The position numbers were made by a program, and so were the translations under genes. Source: Azolla caroliniana (taxonomy: Eukaryota; Plantae; Polypodiophyta). Taken from it: 64,000 bases of DNA. Below, one piece after another: positions 36,401 to 49,478 of the stretch. The stretch's first letter is position 1, and each line of letters starts with the position of its first letter. Location: positions 7,316,001-7,380,000 of the forward strand of contig JBHGNT010000017.1 in assembly GCA_043228905.1 (NCBI GenBank). Reading direction: 5' to 3'. Under the pieces are notes generated by a model. That model was given only the letters and a program-made list of their open reading frames with translations, did not search any database and was not told where the DNA came from.

Positions 36401-38212
36401 ACCAAGCACACACGAAGAAGAATAGCCGCACCAGACACCGATACATGGCTACATGCCATGCAATCCAAGATGGACTCGATTTAATAGAATCAAACATGGG
36501 AGCTTGTCGAACTACTAGTAGGAAGGAAGACGCTACCCTGCAAATGGGTCTTCAAGTACAAATATGTATCTGACTTAGAGAAACCCAAATACAAAGTTCG
36601 GTTCATAACGAAGGGATTCAAAGAAGAACACGGGGTCGACTACGGCGATATATTCTAACCAATAGTCAAGATGACCACCCTTTGGCTCCTACTTGGGGTC
36701 GTGGCGACAGAGGACCTAGAGCTAGAGTAGCTAGACGTCAAAACGGGCTTCAAGGCATCTATATGTCTCAACCGGCAGGCTTCAAGGCAACATGGGAGGA
36801 AGGTCACCTCGTATGTCGACTGAAGAAAAGCCTCTGTGGTACCAGAAGTTTGACTCCTACATCCGATAGCTCGGCTACAGTCGGTCGCACTCCGACCCAT
36901 GTCTATATACTCAGAAATTGGTCGACGAGTCCTAAATCTATCTAATCCTATATGTTGACGACATGCTGATTGCAAGAAGCAATCAAGCTCAAATTGGAAA
37001 GCTAAAACAGAGCCTTCACAACAATTTTGCGATAAAGGAACTCGAACAAGACTGACACATACTAGGCATGAGGATCGAGTGAAATCGGATGACAAAGACT
37101 CTCCAACTCTCCTAGCTCGACTGCATCTGAAAGGTGTTGAGGCGCTTAAACATGGAGAACGTGAAGCCATCACCAACACCAAGTCCGACGTCGATCCGAC
37201 TATCAGACAGAGACTCTCCTTCAACGAACAAGGAGAGAGAGCTCAATAGGAAGATACCGTACGCATGGGCCATGGGAAGTATCATGTACGCGATGGTGGT
37301 GACCCAACCTGACCTTGCCTCTGTCGTAGGGGTCGTTAGCCACTACATGTCGAGCCCAGGTTGGACGCATTGGGAGGCTGTAAAGCACATTTTCAGGTAC
37401 CTAAATGGGACCGAGGATGCACAACTAATTTTCGTATCATCAAACCCGACCGAAGTCGAAGGCTACACCGACTCTGATTATGCCAGGAATTCGGACAATC
37501 GGAAATCGACACTAGGCTACATCTTCACCTATGGTGGTGGGGCTATATGACGGAGTTTGAAGCTTCAAGAGTGCACGACTGTGTTTGCTACAAAAGCCGA
37601 GTACATAACAACAACGAAGGAAGTGATCTGGCTACATCAACTGACTGTCGACTTCTCGGTTATGAACCGAATCGATCGACTAGAGTAGAAGACCGTCGAG
37701 CATGGAACAAAAGGTAAGTTGAAGACCTACCTGATCATACGAGGTGACTAGACGTCAAGGCCAAGAGTCAAAGTCGGATACGCCAACCCAGATAACTAGC
37801 CGAATCAAGCCAGATACCGACTTCGCCTTAGCTGACTCCGCCATATGCCAAAGGACTTGTAATTATCACATTAGATTAAATTGTAATCTAGGTTCATGGG
37901 GGTGATAACCCCATAACACTATATGTAGAAAGAGTAGTTCGTTTACAGGGGAATTTGTTGGCATAACAGGCTGACTCCTTCCACTTTGTATCCTAATGTG
38001 AACACATCTTGAAGTTAGGGCTTGGGTATATAAGCTCAACCCTAATATTGTAACAAAAAATCTTGTATCTTGAGTCTCTGTGAGTGTAAGAGTTACAAAA
38101 TAATGAGAGCTTCCATTATAGCTTGAACTGTGTCTATTGTCATACTCTCTCTGTTGTTTGTTGTGCACATAACCGACAAGTCCTCACATTATTCCACGCA
38201 TATCCGTCAACA
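33460..38212 (+). mobile_element. Ty1/copia element C (Tnt1/Tork-like), full length, decayed
   Basis: LTRs 33460-33719 and 37956-38212, TSD GTAAG, degenerate iMet PBS (tgatatcagag), PPT acaggggaat. Gag (IQKFDGKKFALWK), protease, integrase, RT and RNase H fragments. Confidence 0.93.
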
Positions 38213-38437
38213 GTAAGGGGTTGTCATGGGGATGCATTGCAGAAGGTCTAGGAAAGAGTATAGAATGTTGGAGACGGTTTATGTCATTGCCAATACAAGA
38301 TCAAGCTAACATAGTCCATGGAACGAAGGGCGGGTGGACTATGAGATCTAAAATTTTTAATGTGCTATTGCTTAAGGAAGCTACTAATCAAAGAACGATA
38401 ATGGAGAAGTGGATAGGCTATGAGGAGGAGGGCTCTT

Positions 38438-39097
38438 TGATACCCAGAAGTAGGGAAACACAACTCGGAACAGAAAACAGTAAATGGGCAAAATATTCAT
38501 AGTACACATGCAACACAAGTTTTACGTGGAAACCCTAAACCAGGGAAAAACCACAGGAGAACATATCTTCACTATAATTGTGGGTATACAAGAGAAGGAA
38601 AACATATTACAACCTCTGCACAACAGAGTATTCCCCTTAGGGTTAAAACACTAAATAGCTCTCTTACTTTGTCTACGCACGAGCTCTCACTCTCTCGCAT
38701 CACTCTTCTTCTCTCTATCTCACAGTTACAACCTTCGTTGTGTTCTATTCTACATACATAATGTTTGCCCTAGGTGTATTTATATTTATACATTGTATGG
38801 GATATTTGCAAATGTAGTTCCTACTATTACTATTATTGTTATTATTATAATGATAATTGTATCCGTTAATCAGCCGACTAGTCGACTAGCCAATACCCAT
38901 GTCGACTGTCCAGGTAGCTTTACTAGTCGTCCTTGTTCTCGACCATCTGATCGGCCCAACTAGTCGATCTTGTCTTCGACTTGGATCGTCCACAGTCGAC
39001 TCTCACTATGTCGACTCTTCCATGTCTTCGATTGTCGGCTCTTACTTAGCCCAAACAGTCAGCTCTTACCACAAGAGCGACATATTCCTAACCGACA
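38438..39097 (-). mobile_element. Probable solo LTR / LTR fragment
   Basis: Contains tttacgtggaaaccctaaaccagggaaaaaccac and TATA-region motifs shared with 8818-9353. Ends and TSD are uncertain. Confidence 0.5.
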
Positions 39098-39689
39098 GGT
39101 CTTCTCCAACCAAACTGTGCATCTAGTAATGTTAATGCAAGAGATATGGTATGAAGTTGTAGCCAGTATAAAGAGTCAATACAATGGCCTCACGGGCGGA
39201 TCCAATAGAGTTTAAAGAAAACGACTAGTCCTCATCCAACAATGGTTGTCCTCTTCCTTTCTTGAGTCAGTGGGCATCCACATAAGATGGAACTATGGCA
39301 TCCCTATAGGGATTTGTATATAATACTCTCATTTGTAAAATTTTATAACTACTGGAAGGAGCTTTTCTAGAAAAAAGAAAACATAATCAAAGGCAGAGCA
39401 TTGTATCAAAGGGTGATACTCAGACTTTCGAACTTGTTTAAGGCAAAGTGTGCATAGTAGACCACTCTCATCACTTGTGCCACAATACTCCGTCTCATTT
39501 GTGTAGAGAGAGAGAGAGAGAGAGAGAATATTTGTATTGAATGTGTCAATGTTCTCTCTACCATCACATTAGGATTTGTGGGAGATTATGGTGGTTATAG
39601 GTGCATCCTATTAATTATGATGGTACTTATCCCTTTGTTTTGTTTTTCTATTTATTTATTTAGGTAATTAGTAATTACAACTGAATGTG

Positions 39690-40003
39690 TGAATGTTCAT
39701 GTCTACTTTGTCTAGAGAGTTCAACCATTGATGACCTTTTTATTCCCCCCAAAAAACCTTCCATTAGTTATAAAATTATACTTATACAAGAATGAGTGAA
39801 TGTTCATGTCTACTTTGTCTAGAGAGTTCAACCATTGATGACCTTTTTATTCCCCCCCAAAAAAACCTTCCATTAGTTATAAAATTATACTTATACAAGA
39901 ATGAGTGAATGTTCATGTCTACTTTGTCTAGAGAGTTCAACCATTGATGACCTTTTTATTCCCCCCCAAAAAACCTTCCATTAGTTATAAAATTATACTT
40001 ATA
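39690..40003. repeat. Near-perfect tandem triplication of ~108 bp
   Basis: gaatgttcatgtctactttgtctagagagttcaacc... starts at 39691, 39798 and 39907. Confidence 0.92.
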
Positions 40004-40667
40004 TAGCTTGATGGTGTTTTGTTGACTCTTGCCTTGTGCATATTGGAAAGATTTGATAATTCAATTGGAGGAAATCTTTAAGTCTTTCTCAATCGTTTAC
40101 AATTGTTATATATTATATTGTATTGCATTTCTTTTACTATCTAGACTCTCTAGTCTACACTACAACATACACTATCATTTTTATTTTCATTGCAGTTTTG
40201 AAAAAAGCCCCGAAAGTGCTGAAACATTGTCCGGACAATCCAATACAGATCAAATGCAGAGAATGGAGTACGTAAACGTGAAAACAAGTACAAGCTACCT
40301 AACAATCAAAATAATTGACTGGTTCTCATAATATATCATCGCTATATGTTGATCACGTTTGTATGTAAGGGGGTATCAGGAATTGTTGTCTCATGGGCCA
40401 ATTTTGGCCTTAGAAGATGTTAATATATCTTTCCTTTCTTTACATAGGCCTAGCATGGGGAAATGTAGTATATATCTTTTTCATTGTTAGAAGCTATAGT
40501 TAAGGTGAGAAGATAATCAAGTTAATATAGAGCATGTATAGATGAGTCTTGATGTGATGATTATAATACATTTTGAACTTCCAAATAATTACATGCAAAA
40601 TTAAAGTGTAAGAAATTTAAATGCATTTGTCTCATGCCCATGGTGTTATTTGTAAGTTATTTTATTT

Positions 40668-41732
40668 TCACCCACTTAAGCTCCTGCCTACATAATATGA
40701 CGACAAATTAGCTGCAACAGAAATAATGATAAAGACAGCTGCAATGATGCTCTGCAGGAAAACCAATCTAACCATTTAGCACATGTAAAATCGAATAATT
40801 CCAATGTTTAAGACCATTTTTTATCGAACAATCTACTCACCATTATAAGGCATCCGAGAAAGCCGTCCCTGTCTGTCGGTTTATGAGGTGTGCAGTAGAG
40901 GATCGCGCCCACAAACCAGGCAGGAGTAATTAACCACCCAATACCAAACCTAGACACACACACACACACACACAACATGTTAGACACAATGCATGAGAAC
41001 AGATTATAATTGCAAGTATGTGAACATTCTAAACCTTCTATCTAATCCAATTGAATTTCCAAAGATGCATTAAATATTTTTGCAATGTTGCCCATCTGAA
41101 CTTATATACAAACGTTTTTTCTTTTTTCCTTTGTTTTGTTTTGGTAGCTGATTGAACTGTTGTCCCACATATTATGTTTAATTGTGTATCAAGATTTGTT
41201 TGTTGATGGTTACACCACCATTACTTACAATATCCAGCCGATTCCACATACGCATCCTGGTTGGGCATTAGCTGCTTCGGCATTCTGGATAATAATTTGA
41301 GGCCCTACAAGAAAAAAAGGAAAGGAACCTCATCCTCTCAGAAACATGAATAAGATATGAATGAATGGAGAATGTATGGAATCCGGGCGGAGAAGAAGAA
41401 GAAGAAGAAGAAGATCTGGAGACATATGAAAGATAGGTAGGTAAAGAGATGTGTGAAAGTAATTAGGATAGCTTATACGATATAATCAATGCGAAGAAAG
41501 CAAAATAAGGAGGAGTAAGTTGAGAAACAGAAAAAGATAAAAAGAAACAGTAATTTGAGCAAAGGGAATTAGGGTTGTGGGGATGATGACCAGGTTGAAG
41601 GGGCTGGGGATATCCGGGGGCTGGAGGAGGAGGAGCAGCAGAACCACCATAGCCGTAATTCATGGCTGCAGGAGCAGGGGCAGGAGCAGGGGCCGGGTTT
41701 TGTTGGCCAACATTATTGTATTGTCCATCCAT
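40668..41732 (-). CDS. Small Pro-rich N-terminus membrane protein, plant 'RPL18a-like' family, paralog 2 (4 exons, 136 aa)
   Basis: Exons 41732-41591, 41304-41229, 40949-40841 and 40751-40668. Internal exon lengths (76 and 109 nt) and phases match paralog 1. Product MDGQYNNVGQQNPAPAPAP...QPGCVCGIGWILFGIGWLITPAWFVGAILYCTPHKPTDRDGFLGCLIMSIIAAVFIIISVAANLSSYYVGRSLSG. Confidence 0.85.
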
Positions 41733-42055
41733 TTTGAGACAGACACAGAGACAAAAGCAAGTAAGTATTCAGCCTTTGGACAAATATGAACCAAGACAAG
41801 ACACAAAATGGGGCTTTCAATCCTATATGTATGTATTATGTATAGTTATAGATAGTATATACACACGTGACACGCATATGTATGTGTATGTATTCAAGAC
41901 AAATAAATAACTCTGACTTTCAAACCTATGTGTATGTGTGGGTATATATAATATATGTATTTATGTGTTACAGGCATTTGACCTTGTTCTCCACATAACA
42001 TGGCTTTACAAATCACTCTCTCAAACCCAAGAGTTTTGAAAAGCGATACCATGGG

Positions 42056-42732
42056 TAGCAATGGGCCTAGTTTAGTTTCGGTTTGGTTCGGTTTCTTGGC
42101 CTTGAAACCAAACCATTTATTAATAATATAAACTGAACCAAACTGTTTTAAATTTTATGAAACCATTTAAACCAAACCATTTAGAGCGGAATCGTTAAAC
42201 CAAACCATTTAAAGAATAGGAGAAACCAAACCGTTTACGAAAAATTAGGAGAAACCAAACCAAACTGCTTTATCATAAATCAAAACCAAACCAAACCAAA
42301 CCATTGTTTATTGATATTAATCATCATACTTATTATAAATTTGTGTGAGAAAATCATTATAAATTTTGTTATGATACTTATCATAAAATTTGATCATTAT
42401 ACTTATCATAAATTTGATCATCATAAATGAAAAGGAGACTCTACATATAATACATATAAATTTTAATAACTTAAAACAAGAGTTTAAAATTAAATGTTAA
42501 AAGTTAGAGCCTAAGAGAATATTTTTGACTATTTTTTAACCTATAAACCTTTAAATCGAACCACATAAACAGAAACCGATAAGCCGATAAACCAGTAAAT
42601 TTAAAACCGAACCGAAACCGATTAGTAACATTTGAAATCAAACCAAACCGTTTATTTATCTTTGAACCTATAAACCGTTAAGCCACGGTTTTCGGTTCAA
42701 TTCGGTTTGAGCCGAAACTGGGCCCATTGCTA
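42056..42732. mobile_element. hAT-type MITE in the promoter of paralog 2
   Basis: TIRs TAGCAATGGGCCTAGTTT / AAACTGGGCCCATTGCTA and 8-bp near-TSD ACCATGGG/GCCACGGG. Internal AAACCR repeats. Empty site at ~8240 in paralog 1. Confidence 0.88.
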
Positions 42733-43699
42733 GCCACGGGTTTTGAAAGCGATCCCGTCTCTGTTCCTCCTCGTTGGGGAGCCCTCCTCTTATGATGCAA
42801 TCACCATTATGTGCATCAAATGTAAACGCCAAAGTGCCCTTTTTGCTAAAAAAAAGTCATTGTACTGAATAAACATGGGTATAACTCTTTCGTATGCGAA
42901 ACAAAGTCTTCGTTTGTATTTTTTCTTTTTTTTAATATGGACTCTCCCTCTTGCCTTCATTCGAAAAGAAAATGCAATCTTTAGTTTCACAATCATTTGA
43001 AAAGGTCCCTTTCTAGTGACAACCCAATTGATGTGGTAAGCATCTTTAAAATATATATGCTCCTATTTAATAAATTGTGGCCTAGACAAGGCCACTTTCA
43101 GCCCACAACACAATTTGATTGAAACCAAATCATGGGTATCATGATGTGACAAGCATCATTTCCCCCTTAGTTGGAATTTGTAGACCCTCTTGGTTGAATC
43201 AATTGGGCTTCATTGTTGTGGTTTAATTATGTTTAAGTATTATATAGTTAAGTGTGATTGAATACACAATATCAAAGACATTCACTTATGGCAATATCAT
43301 AAGTGAATCATAACCACATGACCTACATTTCTCCTCAAGAGTCTCAACCTTTTGTAAGCCTATATAAGTGTGACCCAAGCAGTGCTATACATATACTACG
43401 AGACTCATATTCTAATTTATAATTATGTTATTGAGTTCTTGTCTTTTGCATTGTGATTAAGAAACCTAGGTCCATGGACCACCTTAGTTGTTAGTCTTGA
43501 GGAAAATATACAACACAAGTTGGTGAGGACGCAAGCGAGAGAATTGGCAATGGATTGTTTTGGAAAACACAAGGAGACATTGCATATGAGGAGGAACTCA
43601 CAATCTTTGTTCAAATTGTCAAAGCCGATGAGGTTATAGTTGTAGCCAACTAATATTTCCATTAGTTTCTTAAAATCAAGGAAGGAAATTGTTAGCATG

Positions 43700-44065
43700 T
43701 TTTGCCCTTATTAAAATTTGCTCCTTTTGCCCCCATTCCATTGGAAGACTATACACATAAGGTCACTGAATATCTTCGACGTTATATCATTTAGAAGCAA
43801 TTATCAAAGAATTTCCAAGTGATATCCTATTGCTATTTGATGCCTCAATTATGGGTTTTTGCTGAACGTGTTCAAAATGGTTCAAATTTTTATGACATTG
43901 GGGGGTTGCAACACGTGGAATCTTTCATGTTTGATGGTAGGCATGGGGCAAACATCTATGTTGAGAAGTTGCAAGGCATTCTCATGTGGAATTTTTGGAT
44001 GTTGGAGCTTGTGGGGATCATTTCCTCGAATGCATACAGTTTTATAGGATATTCCCTACTTATAT
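43700..44065 (+). mobile_element. Degenerate LINE ORF2 3'-end fragment
   Basis: Homologous to 16290-16650 and 300-492. Confidence 0.5.
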
Positions 44066-44124
44066 AGGAATAGAAGACTAAGACGTTGTACCCGTAGGTC
44101 TTACAAGTAATTAAAATACCTGTG

Positions 44125-44174
<50 letters not shown>

Positions 44175-44219
44175 CTCGTCTTCAAAGGTCAAATATGACC
44201 TATGAGACCAAAAATATGT

Positions 44220-45237
44220 TGTAAATGAGAAACCAGCCTCAATTGGATAGTTAGTCAAATGCAAATACAAGAAGAGAAATAAACCGAAACAAGAAAATGA
44301 CATAGACAATGAGACAAGATATTAATGTGGAAACCCTGAAATAGGAAAAACCACTGGAGTCCACAAACTCCAAACTATATCACTATAAGTAAGAGGATTG
44401 TACAATTATAAAGTACAAGGCAATAACCTTGAGTTCTAGTTTGTCCACAAATGGTTACAACAGAGTTACTCCTCTCTCCCTCTCTCCCTCTCTCTCTTAG
44501 TTACAAAGGCAACTATTCATCTTCATAACAAAATGATCTGCCCTAGTTGTATTTATACTAATACACCTTTTAGGGCTATTTACATTTATGGTTTGGATAG
44601 GCGTGACAAAACCTATTTACAAATCTGGCATTTTCCAGGTGCCTCTCTCGATTCGGTCTTTATTCTTCTTCGGATCCAACTGATCCGACTCGTGCTTGCT
44701 TCCCATCCGAAGGGACCTGTTTAACAAACTCCCCCTTCACTCCGGCATGGGGTGCTTCGTCAATCTGACCCATCCCCAACATGCCTCCAACTTCTCTACC
44801 GACAACACCTTCGTCAGCATGTCCGATCCATTTTCTACTGTGTAAATCTTCACTAGGGCCAACTCCTTTTCTTCTACCCTCCCCCGGAGCCAATAGTATT
44901 TCCTCTGGATGTGCTTGGTCCTCAAGTGATAGACGACATTCTTCACACGGTGGATGACACTTTGGTTGTCGTAGTAGAGTTGGAATTCTTCTTGCTGAAA
45001 CCCCAACTCTCCAATGAACTCCTTCATCCAAATAATTTCCCTGCCGGATTCTCTTGCAACCATATACTCCATCTCCGTGGTCGACAATGCGACGACCTTC
45101 TATAGCCTCGACTGCCACGAGATGACTACCCCTGCATAAGTAATGACGTATCTGCATGTGAACCGGTTAGTATCCACATTAATTGACATGTCTGAATCAG
45201 TAAAAGATTCCAATATGGGGTTACCTAAGCTGAATCA
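44220..45237 (-). mobile_element. 3' end of copia element W (3' LTR + RNase H), interrupted by element X
   Basis: LTR ends ..TTAACA at 44726, followed by the PPT complement aactccccc. RNase H ORF 44737-45087 (STTEMEY..KHIQRKYYWLR). Left LTR boundary is approximate. Confidence 0.78.
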
Positions 45238-46410
45238 TGAAAGGAAATGGAGCTCGGCCACAATTCAGTCTGAAACATACAATGGAAGAAAATAGGACAA
45301 AATAGAAATAAGATACACACAAGATGTTAACGTTGAAAACCCTAATGGGGAAAACCCATGGGAGCCCACAAACTCCAACTATGACTATAGGAAGAGGATA
45401 CAATGCAAGTCTCAAAGGCAATGACCTCGAGCCCTATGTCTTCACAAACCAAAAACTTTCTGTATCTCGCGCTCTTTGTGTGTCTATACAACAATGTCTC
45501 TACACACACATCTATATCATATAAGTGATTGCCATAAGTCATATTTATAAGTTTGTGAAAGTTAATGTGCGGAAGCGTATCACAAATCGGCTTAGCCAGA
45601 TACCAACAGAACAGAGAGAGAAGAAGGTTTCACAGAGAATGCACGAAGAGACAAAGAGAGCAGAACATAAAACTCAATTCAAAATGACAATACTCTCTTT
45701 ACATAGAATGTGCTCAGAGAGCACTTTTATACAAGTCCATAAAGGACTGATAGAAGTATTGACAGGTACTTCAATGCTCATACGAACGACTGGCACTGAC
45801 TCCCAAAACTATGCCTGTGTACTAGGCTAGATCCGTAGGCCTCTAACGGCCTACTTGTTTCAATCCGATCCGGCTCCTGGTTCCGGATTCCATCCGCACA
45901 CCGATCAGGCTCTCCGTTCTGAATATCGATATGGGTCTGGCTTATTCCGCCGATCCGGATCCAGTTGAGCTTGCTCGCTCAACACTTCCCCTCAACCTCA
46001 AGTTGTGGTCAGATCGTGGTGTTTGTGTCTACAGTAGCCGGTCCTTTCCTCCATCTCCTTCTGGCATCCTCCCGCCTTGCTTACGTTGCTCATCTAGTCC
46101 GGTTTTGCTTCCCGCGACCTGTCCGGTTCTGTGCACCTCGACCTCCTTGGTCGGGTTGGTTGCTTAGTAGGCCCATCTCAGGTCCTTCACTGCTATGACT
46201 CTAGCGCTTGTCGACCCATCGGTTCCTCCGTATTGTTACCCGACCAGCAAAAGAGTTAAAGACCAGACTGTGAAAGGGAATGGTTATTCGGAATAGATTA
46301 TAATTAAGTAGTGAACGGACGGGACCGGAATCGGTATGCCGATCCGGATCCGGACCGGTTTCGAACAGGTGCCGGTTGGCACCGTTTTGTACGCAGCACC
46401 GGTGACCTAT

Positions 46411-49400
46411 TGTAAAGAATCGGATATGATTCTTGTGAAGCGGAAGAGATGAGAGTTAGGTGTATGTGTAAGAGAGAGAGAGAGAGAGAGAGTGAAACAC
46501 AGAGAATACGCAAGGTAAGAGTATATTGACAAAGGAGAAAGACTCAACTTTATACAATGTGGGAGGAGGGTGCTTTATGTAGTCACCCTCTCTCTTCATT
46601 AACTACAAGACTCATGGAACATGGGGAATGTGAAAGCTCATAAGTTATGTGTCATAGAATATGATTCTATGACTCATACTAAATGCTAGAATACAAAGTG
46701 GTGACTTAATGGTGACTCTGGACCGTTGGAGTGTCTATTCACTCTCAAGGTGAGTTCACACACTAGACCAAGTTGAGCTTGATTCTCAACACGCCCCGTC
46801 AAGCTCAAGTCAGGTCGGTTTTAGACAGTATCCGAAATCCGCTTCAACTCGCGTTTTGGTGTCCGCGTTGACTCGCGTTGACTTGCTTTATGTGGAGTTG
46901 CGGAATCCGTGCTCCAGCTTGCGTTGTGCGTAGTTGTGAAGTCTGTGCTTCGGTTTGGATCTTTCTTCGCGGCTTTGAGCGGTAGATCGGCTCTTCGCAA
47001 CTTCGTTGCATGGTTTCGGAATCCACACATTATTGTGTAATATGCGGTTGCGGAATCTACGCGTTATTGCGTAGTGTCTTGCATACTCCCCCTCAAGCTT
47101 GGTAGGTCATGGATCGTTAATCCGAGATCGGTCATGAATTGCCATAGCTTGTCGGCTCCTAAAGCCTTAGTGCAGATGTCGGCCGTTTGAAGATTTGTGC
47201 TAATGTGTTGTAGGTCGACATTGCCAACTATAACACGCTCTCGGATGAAGTGATAGTGCACTTCGATGTGCTTTGTGTTGGGAGACAGGTCCCTCCGGAT
47301 GGGAAGGGAGAAGAACAGTGCCGACAAACAAACTCGGCCGATGGTACAGGCCCGATGAGGACCGGATGAGGAGTACCCGGCTACGGAGAGCCGGATGATA
47401 CAGTCCCGGTGAAGACCGGATGAGGAGTACCCGGATGAGGAGTACACGGCTACGGAGAGCCGGATGATACAGGCCCGGTGTGAACTGGATGAGTAGTACC
47501 CGGCTACGGAGAGCCGGATGATACAGGCCCGGTGTGAACCGGATGAGGAGTACCCGGCTACGGAGAGCCGGATGATACAGGCCCGGTGTGAACCGGTTGA
47601 GTAGTACCTGGCTACGGAGAGCCGGATGGTGCAAGCCCGGTGTGAACCGGATGAGGAGTGCCCGGCTACGGAGAGCTGGATGGTGCAGAACCGGAGGAAG
47701 AGACATATTCGTAAATATGTTTCTGAGAGCCCATCGAGGCTATATTTGTAAATAGCCGAAAAGTCATATTAGTATAAATATGACTTAGGGCAAACTTTTA
47801 GTTGTTGTTGTCATTTTCTGTTGTAACCGCCGCCTGTGGCGAAGATCGTGAGCACGAGGTCGTTGCCTCCGTGGACTCACTGTTTTTGTACATTCTTACA
47901 TAGTGACAGTTTGCAACCTGTGGACTGCCGTGGTTTTCCCCTAGTTTGGGGTTTTCCATGTAAACCTCCAGTGTAGTGTGTGTGTGTGTATCTTCCTCTC
48001 CTTTGTGTCGTGTTTTATTTCCCGTTTTCTGTGTATCATTCTACGCTCGGTTGTGGCCGAGCGTCGCGCATAAGGATCGTTGGGTTCCCGTCACTTTGTC
48101 CGCGCGTGGAACACCGGGTTCCGAGCTAGATAGATATTGGTCATGTTGTCGCAGTAAAGGGAAGTCGGATCCTTGATGGGTATGCCCAGATCCTTCAAAA
48201 TCCTCTTGAGCCATACGGCTTCACACGTAGCTACGACTGCACCCTTGTATTCCGCCTCTAGGATATTGCTCTGCTGCCGAGGGAGAAAACAAATCCGGAG
48301 GTTGATCTTCTATCGGATTTGTAGCCGGCCCAATCAGCATCTGTGTACCCCTCGAGTCGTATTGGCATCGCAATCTTGTAGAGGATGCCGCAATCCATTG
48401 TGCCACTCACGTATCGTAGAACTTGCTTAGCGCAATCCAAGTGAGTATCACGCGGTGTTTGCATGAATTGGCTAAGGAGACCGACCGGATAACTGAGATC
48501 AAGTCTTGTGATTGTGAGGCAGATGAGACTCCCGATGAGTTGCCGATATTGAGTCGGCTCACACGCTTTGGTGCCGGAGTGCGCATCTAGTTTGAGATTA
48601 CGATCGAGCGGGGTTGCCACGGATTTGCACTTAGCCATCCCGAATTTGTATAACAAGTTGAGGATGTAGTGCCGTTGAGAGATCATGATTCCGGCCGGAG
48701 TCCGAATTACCTCGATGCCAAGGAAGTAGTGGAGCTCCTTCATGTCCGTCATCTCGAACTTGTCGGAAAGGAGGGATTTGACTTTATTGATTTCAACGAG
48801 ATGCTCACCTCCAATGACTAGGTCATCCACATGTAAGATGATGACAATCGAACTTGCGGAATTGCTTCGTATGTAGAGGGAGTTGTCCGATTTGGACATA
48901 CGGAAGCCGATTTGATGAAGATATTGCGTTATCTTCGAACGCCAAGCACGCGGTGCTTGCTTGAGGCCGTTGAGTGGCTTCTTGAGTCGGCAAACAGCTT
49001 TCGGATGGGTGCTCGAGTTGAAGCCGGGTGGTTGGATCATGTACACCTCCATCAAATGGATGTCATGAACGCCTTTCTATTCACAAGAATCATATCCGAT
49101 TCTTTACATGGTATCAGAGCGGAAGAGATGTGAGTTAGGTGTGTGTGTAAGAGAGAGAGAGAGAGAGAGAGTGAGTAAGTGAAACACAGAGAATATGCAA
49201 GGTAAGAGTATATTGACAAAGGAGAAAGACTCAACTTTATACAATGTGGGAGGAGGGTGCTTTATGTAGTCACCCTCTCTCTTCATTAACTACAAGACTC
49301 ATGGAGCATGGGGAATGTGAAAGCTCATAAGTTATGTGTCATAGAATATGATTCTATGACTCATACTAAATGCTAGAATACAAAGTGGTGACTTAATGGT

Positions 49401-49478
49401 GACTCTTGACCGTTGGAGTGTCTATTCCCTCTCAAGGTGAGTTCACACACTAGATCAAGTTGAGCTTCATTCTCAACA
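46411..49478 (-). mobile_element. Internally deleted copia (RT-RNase H only) with near-identical LTRs
   Basis: LTRs 46411-46791 and ~49081-49478, TSD CCTAT. RT/RNase H ORF 48258-49055. No gag, protease or integrase. Confidence 0.88.
47276..48093 (+). mobile_element. Solo LTR (same family as 9386-10148) with about six tandem 54-bp units
   Basis: TG..CA ends and perfect TSD CTTTG. It interrupts RNase H at HART/KHIEVHYHF. Confidence 0.92.
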
